In this document: positions 8,277 to 18,742 of the stretch, one piece after another
Position numbering within the stretch: the first letter of the stretch is position 1
How the letters are laid out: each line of letters opens with the position of its first letter
Origin: Halocafeteria seosinensis
Taxonomy: Eukaryota
Assembly (NCBI GenBank): GCA_001687465.1
Contig: LVLI01000517.1
Span: 44,607 to 64,606, forward strand
Length of the DNA stretch: 20,000 nucleotides
Direction: 5' to 3'
Position numbers and translations under genes: made by a program
Notes under the pieces: model-generated
Database searches by the model: none
The model's input: only the letters and a program-made list of their open reading frames with translations
What the model was told of the DNA's origin: nothing

Positions 8277-11200
8277 ATGCATGGGCGTGGAGGAGGGCAG
8301 TCGCGTCGCTCCATGCAGCCCCAGCAGCGAGTGCGCGGTCGTGGTACAAGACGCTCATCCGATGGCGCCGCCGCCGTTCCTCCCATAGGAGGGGCAGGAG
8401 AACTAGCCGTGAGCTCCATGTCCCATAATAACAACGGCAGTAATGGGCGTTACGCGCCGGAGGAGGGCGGTCAGGGGCTTTCCATTCAGTCCTCGTCCCG
8501 GAGCCAACCCGAGGAGCATACAGGGCAACAGCCGAAACAACTTGGCCAACTCTTCCAAACACCTCCCCAACGGCAACCACCGCAGCAACAGCGCTCTCCA
8601 CGATCGGGGCGCTTCAGCAGTGCGAGGCACCGACAGGCGCGGCATAGCAGTGCGATGCCGCCGAAAGCACAGCCGCAACCGCAGTCGCAAGATGGAGAGG
8701 GCGTTGCGAATGGAGGTTTGCCACTGACTATTTTTGGAGTCGATAAAGTGGACCTAGCTGCGCATATGCCCTTTGTCCGAGCACCGCCGTCATCAGACGG
8801 ACAACCGTCTCTTTCTGATTGCCCCAATGCCGGATACAATTCCCCGGGTGCTGTGGACATAAACAAAGCGCTAGACACAATGTCTGTCCACATGCACAAT
8901 TTGGCGGACACTTTGTCTGCGCGGAATTTTCAGTACACGTTCTCGCCACAACTCTACGGGCATCATTCGCTTGCGGGAGATTTGACTCCAAGATCTGATG
9001 CAACACCCCGTTCAGAGCCCTCGGCGACAAAAGAAGAAAAGAGTCCAAGAGACAACCGCCGCGGTGGTGGCGTGTCCCAGTTCCGCCAGAAACCGCAAAA
9101 TGAGAAGGCGCGCCGTCAACAGAAGAAGTCGGAAAAGAAAAAGAAAAGACTGATGGAAAAGAATCGAAAAGTGGCGGAGCAAGAAAGAAAGTGGATGAAC
9201 GAAGAAGAGTGGAGGATGGAACGATCAAAATGGTGGGGCCAGCATGTTCGTGACGGCTCCTGGCGCACTGTACGTGTTTTCATTAGCAGCACTTTTAATG
9301 ACATGCATGGAGAGCGGGATGCATTGACAAGAGTGGTCTTTCCTGCGTTAAACAACAAGGCAAAAAGCCGCCGTGTTAGAGTTGTCCCCGTCGATTTACG
9401 CTGGGGACTTACATCGGAAGATACGTCCGACTCGGGCTTGGGAGCATTGGAGCATTGTCTACTTGAAATTGATAATTCCCGGCCATTCTTTGTCGTCTTA
9501 CGGGGAGAGCGATATGGATGGATTCCTCCAAACTATCGCGTCTCTGATCGGTAAGTTTCCTGTAGTATTTTCTCCAAAGTGAGTATCCCCATACACTCGT
9601 TGTCGTGTAGAATCTTGCAGGCCTCAATTTGACTGGATCAAGCATTTTGAGCCGGGGCACTCTATTACGGCAGTAGAAATTTATCATGGGTTTTTGAGGA
9701 AACCTTTTACTCCTGTTCATGCGCTCTGTTACGAGCGGGACTCTGCTTTCATTGATGATGTCCCTACGGAGAAAGAGCGAAAGATATTTGCCTTTGACTA
9801 TCCAAATAATCCAGAGGTTAAAGAAAGGCGCGATAAACTGATTAATGACATCAGGAACCACCAATATGCGAAATCGCGCTCTTATCCCGCTCAATATGGA
9901 GGGATGGACGAAGAGGGTAAAGCGTTGGTGACAGGGTTAGAGGAATTCGAGCGAATGATCATGGAGGATCTATGGGAAGCAATTAAGCAAGAGTTTCCTC
10001 CTCCTCCACCTCCACCTTCCGAGTTGGCGTTGGAGAGGTCTTACCATAATCATTTTGTGGAAGAAAGAAGTCGCCAATTCATTGGCCGAAAAGCGCTCAT
10101 GAATGAGTTGGAGCAAGTAGCCAATAGCTCGTTCAACACGGACTCGCTGCCTTTTATTGTAGTGGGAGCCCCCGGCAGCGGGAAAACTTCCCTTGTTACA
10201 TCCTTTGCGAAATATTTCGGAGAACTACACCCCCGCGTTTTTGTACTGGTCCATGTAGTAAGTGCGTCTCCAACAAGCACTGACATTAGGGAAACACTGC
10301 TTCGGCTGTGTCGTGAATTGGTTGCGCGCTTTGAGATCGAGGATCTCAATACGGATAGTGATGATTATCAAACCGTAAAGGAGAATTTTGCGCTCTTACT
10401 CGAGCGTGCCGGCCATGCGGCTATGAACGCAAAGACCCACATCCTACTTGTCCTGGATGCTATCAATCAGTTCAACCCGTTTTATGGAGCTCATACGATG
10501 GACTGGTTACCTGCCTACATGCCCGCGGGAGTGAGAGCGATTCTGTCTACCACCCCTGATGCTCAATGTCTGACCGCTTTACAAAAGAGAGATCCGAAGC
10601 CCCCACAGCTGGATGTACCGCCGCTTGAATTTAGTGAACGATGTGACATTGTGCGAAATGCGTTGGCTGAGTACAGAAAGAAATTACTACCAACCCAAAT
10701 GAATCTCCTGATGGAGAAGTCGGAAAGCCACAAACCGTTGTATCTTTTGACTGTGTGTGAAGAGCTACGTTTGCAAGCTCAGTATGGGGTGGAAGGCTCC
10801 GGTGTTGATCGGAAGATCAAACAGCTACCTGGGGAAATCCCGACACTACTCGATGTCGTCTTGGAACGGGTGGAACGAGACTTGTCTACTTGGGCGCAGT
10901 CAACTTCGACGGAAATCACCCCTGCTCACAGCGTGTTCAGCCCGGACACAGGGGAAGACATGACTTCGCAACTTGATAATGGACATTTGATTGTTCGTGA
11001 CGCGTTGACGTTACTCGAATGTTCTCGTCATGGACTTCGGGAAAACGAGCTGCTAGAGCTACTGGCTCCTCCGGGAAAGAGTCAACTGCCGCCTGTTGTG
11101 TGGGCAAGGCTGTACAGATCCCTCGAGCTATACCTGCGTCCCTTAGGAGAAGAAGATGAAGGGATGTTGGGTTTCTTTCACCAACAAATGATGATTGCGG

Positions 11201-14200
11201 TCCGCCGACGATACTTACAAGACAATAGGCGAGCCGAGGCAGAAGTATGCGGTCGACTGACCGAATATTTTTTTAACAAAGCTGATCCGACTGGGGATGG
11301 ACAATGGCTCGGCGACCAAAAACGGTATTTCCTGGATCTGGTATACTATCAGTTGCGAGCGCTCGACTTGTCCGGCCTGAGACGGACGCTAGGCGACCTG
11401 CTTTTCATTCAACGGCGAGCGGAGCAAGGAGTAGGAAGCATGGAGCATCTTCTACGGGATTACTACGACGCTCAAGAAGAACTACGAACATTGCGCTATT
11501 CACTCCTTCGCGAAAAGCTCAAAGAAGAGCAGGGTGCGAGTCCTAAAGAGGAGGAGGATTTCAGTGCCGCGCGAAGCTCTCTTCTTCAGTGGATTGGCGA
11601 GTTCCTTGTATTCGTTAGCTCTCATCATTCGACACTCACGTCATATCCAAAGCTGACCTTCCAGTATGCTCTTAATCAGCCCGATTCGTCGACGCCGTTT
11701 CAAACAGCAGAGAAATTAGTTAAAGATGAGTGCGATGCCATTCTGGAACAATTGCACGCAAAGGAAAATGATTACCGGGAACTCACGACGAAGGTATCGA
11801 ATGGAGCACAAGAAAACGATTCCGGCGAAAGCGATGCCGAAGCTTCGAAGAAAGAAACTAAGAACCCTTCGGCACCCAAACAAGGCGGAGTTGAACTAAA
11901 GCAAAAGCTCGACCATATATGTGACAATGCACAAACGCAGTTAATTCCTCGACGTTTTTTAGAGTGGTCGAACAAGCCGCAGAGAAATCGAATGGTGGCT
12001 GACTTCGCCGGCTACAACTATGAAGTGTCATGTATCTCACTCAATCCAGATTCCAGCTTAATTGCTATTGGCTTCAAGTCTGGTACCATCCAAATAATCG
12101 ACGCAGATATTGGTGAAATGATTCGAGAGCTTTCGACCGGTGGCCACAGTGCAGGCGTAACTTGTCTTGCGTTTTCGTCTGACGGACTTCGACTCATCTC
12201 TGGCTCTTACGACACTAATGCAGTGGTTTGGGATGCCCTAACAGGCTCTCTTCTGAGCACTCTTGTCGACCATTCCGGAACAATTACCTCGGTCGCGTGG
12301 TTGGAAAGCGATACCCGTGGCCGAAGGTCCCGAACAGTTGCAACAGCTGGTTTGGACTCCGTCATCCGAGTGTGGGAAGAAAAAATCCAAACCGACACAT
12401 ACGGGTTCGGAGGAGGTGGAGAGGATGAAACAAGATACGAAATTATCTGGGATCAGTCTTGGCTGCAGAGTCCGATTATGGCTATGAAGTACAATCAAGC
12501 CTCCAAGTGTCTAGCAGCTGGTCATGCGGACGGTCAGGTACAACTGTGGGACGCGCATGCCCCGAATCTTGGTCTTATACAGATTTCCCAGTTTACAGCT
12601 CATAGGTACATGCAAGCCGTTTCCACGATTTCTTTGTCTCCTGATGGATCGCTGTTGGCAACCGGCTCTCTGGACCAAACAGTGAAGCTTTGGGAGAAGC
12701 GAATGATGGACACGGATGCTATTTGGAAACCTATGGAACTTCAGGGCAAGGGTCACAATGGCGCCATAACGTGCCTAGACTTTTCTCCGGATGGACATAA
12801 ACTTGTAACAGCTTCCCTCGATAAGAAGTTGCTCCTCTGGGATGTCACTACTGGAAAGGAGATCGTTGCCCTCAATGGTCACGCCGATGCAGTGTACTCT
12901 GCCGAGTTTACACATAGCGGGGATCGTGTTGTTTCAGGCAGTTACGATAAAACAGTGAAGACCTGGGATGTAGAGGGGGTTGACGATTATGGGGTTGTTC
13001 CTCCTGTGAAGAGGGCTGATCACCAAGGAAATGCTCTGAAATCGCCTTCAACAAGGCGCAGTTTCGTCCCAAGACGGCGCCGACTCGGTCGACGAAGTTC
13101 TCAGAGCAGGGATCTACCACCGCTATCGACAAAGAGTAGTACTGAAAACACCCCTAGTTCGACTAGGTCATCCAACGTATTTTTCCGAGACAGCAGTGAT
13201 ACCGAATCCCCGCTTGCTCAATCGCGATTCGGATCGACTTCTGAGCTGCTCAACGCCAACGATTTGGGAATCCCCTCTGGTGCTCATGCTGAGAGAGTAA
13301 CGGCCGCTACAGTAAACTATGGCGGCACCTTCGCCGCCACAGGATCAACGGACAAGACAATGAAGATTTGGGATCTGGAGAAAGTTCACGAGAAGGTTGT
13401 CCTTGTAGGTCACAATTCCAGTATTACTGCGCTTGCATTCATTGGAGAGGACGAATACCTGGTATCTGGTGATGGCGGAGGCAATATCATGGTTTGGGAC
13501 GGCAACACGTTTGATCATCAGCGGACGATTCATGCACATTCTAATGTAGCCGTCACATCAATGACTTGGTGTGATTTGCGAGGCAGAGGGACGGATAAGT
13601 ATTCAGGGGATCTGCTGGTAATAACTGGAGCTGCGGATGGAACAATAAAGGTTTTCGTTGCTAGAGATGGCTTTCCTTGGGAAATCCAGCCACCCCAATG
13701 CTTCCCCCGGCTCGTTGAAGTCAGTTCACTTCGATACGTGCCCGCAACGCGAAGCAAACTGCCGTTGGACTGTACCCCAACTCCCGTGAACAGCGGACAC
13801 CTTTCCGACTATCATTTGAAGCAACGGACGGCGAAGCACAGTGAAGAGGAAAGTCGTCAAATAGCTTTGCGAAACCTGTTAGCGAAGGCATTGAAACGGA
13901 AGAGCGTTACGGAGGCGAAAGAAAGTGACGATAGAACGAGTGAGCCGGACGCGATATCCGAGTACCAGGGAATCATCAATATGATGCGAATGTACCTGCC
14001 GAGTTTTGTTCCTAGCAGCGAGGCCATTGCTAATGCCATCCCGAAGACGATGGCATATAAACTACATGAAGAAGCGACGAAAAATGAAAAGAAAAAGAGA
14101 CGCAAAAAGAAAAAGGACGTGGTCTTAGATGATGCTCAAATCTTGGAGGATGTACGAACGCTTATGAAAGAATTTGTTGGCACTTCTGGGGAAGAGTCTG

Positions 14201-16797
14201 AGCAACTGTTGCAAACATGGGAAGACGACGCGAATGGAAACGGAGTTGATCCTCCCGCATCCGTTGCTGGGGTTGTTGCTGATCCACACGAACGGGACAG
14301 AGTAATATGTGTGGGATCCTCGGGTCAGGTGTGTGTTCTGGACTTGTTTTCAATGGCTGTTGTAACGTCAACCCGGCTGTGTGATCCCATCGGTGGCTCA
14401 GTTAAGCTTTCGGCCGTTGATCCGTTAGGGGCTCGCATCAGCGCTGCTGCTCGCACGAAGAGCGAACCACTGCACACAATCGTTTCTCCGACGGGGAATA
14501 CTGAAAACCGGGTGTCCCTAGTTATGGATTTGCAGTCACAGAATGAGAATGAAGAGTCGGAGGCCCAGCAGGACGCTGGCCTAAAGCCAAAAGAGGTGGT
14601 GGAGAAAGAACGCCAAGAAAAATTCAATGCAGACCTTCAAAAACGCATTGAAAAAGTTGAACAGAAGAAGAAAGAAAGAGAAGAACGGAAAGCAAGGAAG
14701 AGAGCCCAGCGCCTAAAACAAAGTATGCTGAGCGGCGAAGCATTGGATGATTCTGATTCATCCGATGAAGGGTCGGAGGCCGACACTGGAAGCGATACTA
14801 AGGGTTCTCACCGAGAGGACCAAAATCAAGAGAATTCAGTATTCCGTCAACTTGTGGAGCGCTCGCACTACCGAACATGTTCTTCGATGGCATTCAGCCA
14901 TGATGGCTCATTAATAGCTTGCGGCAGTTCTGAGAAGGTAATTTCGTTGGTAGATTCCTCCAGGCCGCACTTGGGTCCTTTAGCTCAGTTCTTGGCTTTT
15001 GGCGAGGTTACTGCTATTGCGGTTGGTCCTGGCGTGCTCCCATGGGACTTGTCCCAATTCAAGGGCTCAAACGGAACAGACGGGATCTCAATGCTTGACC
15101 TAGTTTTTGGGGGTGTTAGTGCGCAAAACGGTGCAGAAGTAGACGAAGAGCCAGACGACATTCGAAAATGCAGTACATCATACTTAGAGGAGTTTGTGGC
15201 AAACCAGGAGAAAAAACTCAGCAGTCTTATCCCTCGCGCCTGCCTTGGTAACGGACAGGGATGTCTCGGTCTTTTGATAGCGGGCGATAGTACAGGAGCG
15301 GTTTTCATCCTCAGGCTTCAAGATATCATCCGGCGAGCTGAGGCAGACTATTTTAGCTCTCTTTTGGAACGCGAAAGGAGTCGCCGACAGCAAGTCCTGG
15401 ATGAAGCACTAGAGGAGCTGCAACGTCGTCAACTCGAGAAAGACGATGCTAAGCAAAGCGAATCTGGACAGCGGCATGCTGCGCCGTTGCAAACTTTAAC
15501 GTTTGCGAACGGGCGCCAGGGCGTTGCCGCCTATTTACCTCGCGTCCTGCATTATAGAGAAGCAAAAGATGTACAGTTGTGCAATGAAGTAATTGCATCC
15601 CTCGGTATTGACTTGGAGGGCTTAGACTTCACGACTCTGATTCCTGTGAGTGACTCAACCAAACTTGCGGAAGCGTTCTTGCCGCGGCGAATTGAGAGAG
15701 GCGAAGGGATGATTCGGGTCTACAGGAAACTAAAAGATTCTGGGGAACCTATCTCATCTGAAGATGAAGACGCACTACAAGAGCATGAAGAGGCGCAAGC
15801 CGAAGAAGAAAAGAAACGATCTGAGGCTCCGTCCGAAAGCAAAGACCGTGGTATGTCAGAGAGGATAAGAAAAGTGGAAGAGCTTCGGAGGCAACAAAAA
15901 TTGCAACAAGAAGCGGAAGAGGCCCGTGAGAAAGCAGAGAGAGCCGAGCCTCTGAGAGAAGAATATTTCCACCGACCGAAAGCCTTAGTATGCGTGTTCG
16001 GGGGAGCTGCTGGTCTTCATGATTTGCTTGTCCCTGGTTTAAAGACTCTAATTCAGAAGGGAGCTGTTGCGGGCGCGGTGATGGCCGGAGCGATGATCCT
16101 TGATGGTGGAACGGATGCTGGGGTAATGTCAATGATCGGTAGTTCCCTGGAAGACTGCCCCGAACGAACCATGAGGTTACTTGGTATTGTTCCCGGGGGA
16201 GTTGTTAAATTACCTGGGGACGAAGACTTGCACAAGAGCGTTGCAAACAAGGCACCACTTGAATCGCATCATTCGAACTTTGCCATTGTTCCGAGCAAGG
16301 AATGGGGAGGAGAGACGACTTCGATGTTTACGATGATGAAAGCACTGAGCCGCAGACTGCCCACCATTGCGATACTAGCCAACGGAGGTTTCATCTCTAA
16401 GAAGGAGATTATCAGCGCAGTTCGACAAAGTGTTCCAGTTATCGTTATTTCGGGGAGTGGAAGGCTAGCAGATAAAATCACACTCGCCATCCGCGGTAAG
16501 ACGGAGGGAGACGAGAAGCTGTATCGCGAAATGTTGCAGGACGACGAAGTCCGTGACATCGTGCTGAATGGTGAAATATATCTCTACCGTGTTACGGATC
16601 CCCCGCAAGGCCTTCAGGAATTAGTATGCGATCTTGTTTCCAGCCAAAGGGATAGAATGCTAGCTGACAGCTTCTGGAGGAATGGTGAAGAAATTTCAGA
16701 GTACTTAAGGCAGCGCCTAGATCGCCCGCCAGACGTGGTCGCTAATACCGCAGAAGCAACCGAAATAGCTGGAAAGGGTCATCTTCCTTTACCGTAA
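8277..16797 (+). CDS. TEP1/NWD-like STAND protein, DUF4062 - NACHT - WD40 repeats - coiled coil - SLOG (LSDAT-like); join(8277..9550,9621..16797), 2816 aa
   Basis: DUF4062 motifs WRTVRVFISSTFNDMHGERD..VDLRWG..GERYGWIP..SITAVE run from 9261 across the intron. Walker A GAPGSGKT is at 10165..10188 and Walker B LLVLDAINQ at ~10444..10470. Many GH...WD repeats lie at ~12000..15320. C-terminal SLOG motifs VFGGA, LDGGTDAGVM, LESHHSNF, WGGE, LANGG and VISGSGRLAD lie at ~15976..16480. Confidence 0.92.
9551..9620 (+). other. Spliceosomal intron, 70 bp, phase 2
   Basis: CG|GTAAGT...ATCTTGCAG|G gives ...YRVSDR-PQFDWIKHFEPGHSITAVEIYHGFLRKP, in frame with ORF 9694..16797 and completing the TEP1-type DUF4062 motif. 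The AG at 9609-9610 would be out of frame. Confidence 0.93.
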
Positions 16798-17604
16798 CCA
16801 TTCTAATCAGCGTACGTGTTCATAAGTTTGTACAAAATTAAAGTATAGTTGGGTAGATCCACTCGGCGTTCCCGATACGGAAGATATTCACTCCCATATC
16901 ATTAAAAATACTACCCAATCTCTTCCAAATGGGTTGTGCATAAGTGCCACTGGTATACCCAAAGCACTTTGAAACGGACGGATACAGAGCGGAACGTGGA
17001 ACAACTGCTACTCAGATGGGTATGAAGTGTGTAACCTGCCATATTGGTGTGGTCTGTGGTGTCCTTACCACTGTAAACTGTTTCATGCACTCTAAGATGA
17101 AGTAGGAGAAGCAGCGGCGCTAAGAAAGGGTAGGAGACTCTGCCGAACACGAAATCTAAACTCAGACCGTTGGTATGTAGTCGGGTAGTGGTAGACTTTC
17201 GCTGACGTTTTGATGGCCTAAGACTAGTCTCCTGTGCTAGAGAGTGGCAAGGTACGTGGTCTGACTAGGTCATTCGGCCCAAAGAGAGGAATGGACTTGA
17301 GAGATTGCTAATATAGAAAGTCGCCAAGGCGTCAGTAAACTCACCACAGCCAACGGCGTAACCGTCACAGTCTCCAGTTTAGCAGCCACCAACTGGAGGC
17401 TCTATCACAGAGTGGAGACGAACTGTCTTATGTTGCGTCAGGGAGACGTGGTCCATAGAGTATTCAATAATAATGTCTAGGGCACCAGTTCCGGCACCAG
17501 CAAGGTTCGCATACAGAGGTCTGTCAGCTGCTTATCCCTCCAATAGTGACTCTGCACTCCCTACAAAAATACAGGAACTGCAAGACAAAGGCTGCGACAT
17601 TGAA

Positions 17605-17815
17605 GAAGAATGCCCTGCATCCTAGTGTTGCCCTATCATGACGTGCATAATGGAAGACCCAGTGATCGCCAAGGACGGCTACACGTATGAACGGTCTGCG
17701 ATACAGCAGTGGCTCAGCCAAACGTCTAGTTTTCCTAGAGAAAAACTTCCAGACAGTCAGCTAACTCCAAACTAGGAGTTGGGTCGATGAAACGTTGAAC
17801 GATACCTAAAAATAC
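17605..17815 (+). pseudogene. U-box (E3 ubiquitin ligase) domain remnant with three in-frame stops
   Basis: One frame reads EECPAS*CCPIMTCIMEDPVIAKDGYTYERSAIQQWLSQTSSFPREKLPDSQLTPN*ELGR*NVERYLK, matching the U-box pattern CPI...M.DPV...DG.TYER.AI..WL...L.PN. Stops: TAG 17623, TAG 17773, TGA 17788. Confidence 0.85.
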
Positions 17816-18742
17816 TTGGTTGCAATCGCCGACTGAAAAAGGTCTCTTTCCGAGAAACGAACTCGCAGGTGTTTGCATTCATGCTTTCGAGACTCCATCG
17901 CTTACAAAATCCCGTTAGGACTTTTGATGAGGATGCTAGCCCACCAGCAGCACTCTTGAGTGCTTTATTGCTCGCTTAGAGCGTTCGCTCTTTCGGCCAG
18001 AAGTTCGACAGGCAGTTCATAAGTTGGAAGTGAAACTTTGTGCGGAGAAAATACATAATTATTGATCTACTGCGTCGACGTTCGCAACAAGCCTTCTGTC
18101 TTCTGCGGCGGAGCCCAACCGCCTTCTACCGGTAGTGTCCATTGTTTAAGTAAGACAGTTGCAGCATACTTCCTAGGTTCATGTGTATTAGTATTGCTCC
18201 TTTTAAACAAGCGGGTTTGTTGCTCCCTTCCTTCTGAATCTTCGAGCTACATCAGCTCTATTCCCATCCATGACGAGTGGATAGAAGTTTGAAGTTCATC
18301 ATAGAACTCAAGTTTTCAGCGACACACACAAGGCCCTCCAGAAGGTAGTGCCACCCGTAGTGGTCCTCACCACATAAATCTGGACATACAGTACGCATCA
18401 TATCCGCAGCAAAAGTCTATGAAAACGCATAAAGATGGAGAGAAGGGTGCAGAAGGGGAAATATGAAATCTGCTGCAAGTTGTACTCTCAACAAGTCGGC
18501 CTTCCGGTGACGGTCACCGAGTCACCGGGTGACGGCTGAATTTCCGCTGAAAGACTCGTTGTATATACACAGTAGAGTATTGACGGTAGAACCATAAACC
18601 GCCGGAAGAAGTGTTCCTTAAACAAACAAAGTATTCCTCTGAAGCCATAGGAAACCAAGGCGTCGGACAGCAAGCAAGAACAAAGAACAAAGAGGAGCGC
18701 CCCGCGATTCATCGCCTTTTCTAAAGCTACAATACTGTAACC

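Noticed and set aside
8165..16559. Numerous short overlapping or antisense ORFs within the NACHT gene (and likewise within the GLUG genes)
   Set aside because: No recognisable motifs; expected by chance opposite long coding regions.
8277..16797. Assigning the gene symbol TEP1, or treating 8277..9554 and 9694..16797 as two genes
   Set aside because: There is no TROVE domain and an extra SLOG domain, so orthology is unproven. A canonical 70-bp intron joins the two ORFs within the DUF4062 motif.
17605..17815. Stop-codon reassignment (TAG read as sense) to explain the U-box stops
   Set aside because: The 2367-codon and 891-codon ORFs contain no in-frame TAG or TGA, and the remnant has both TAG and TGA plus motif erosion. 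Pseudogenisation is the simpler explanation.
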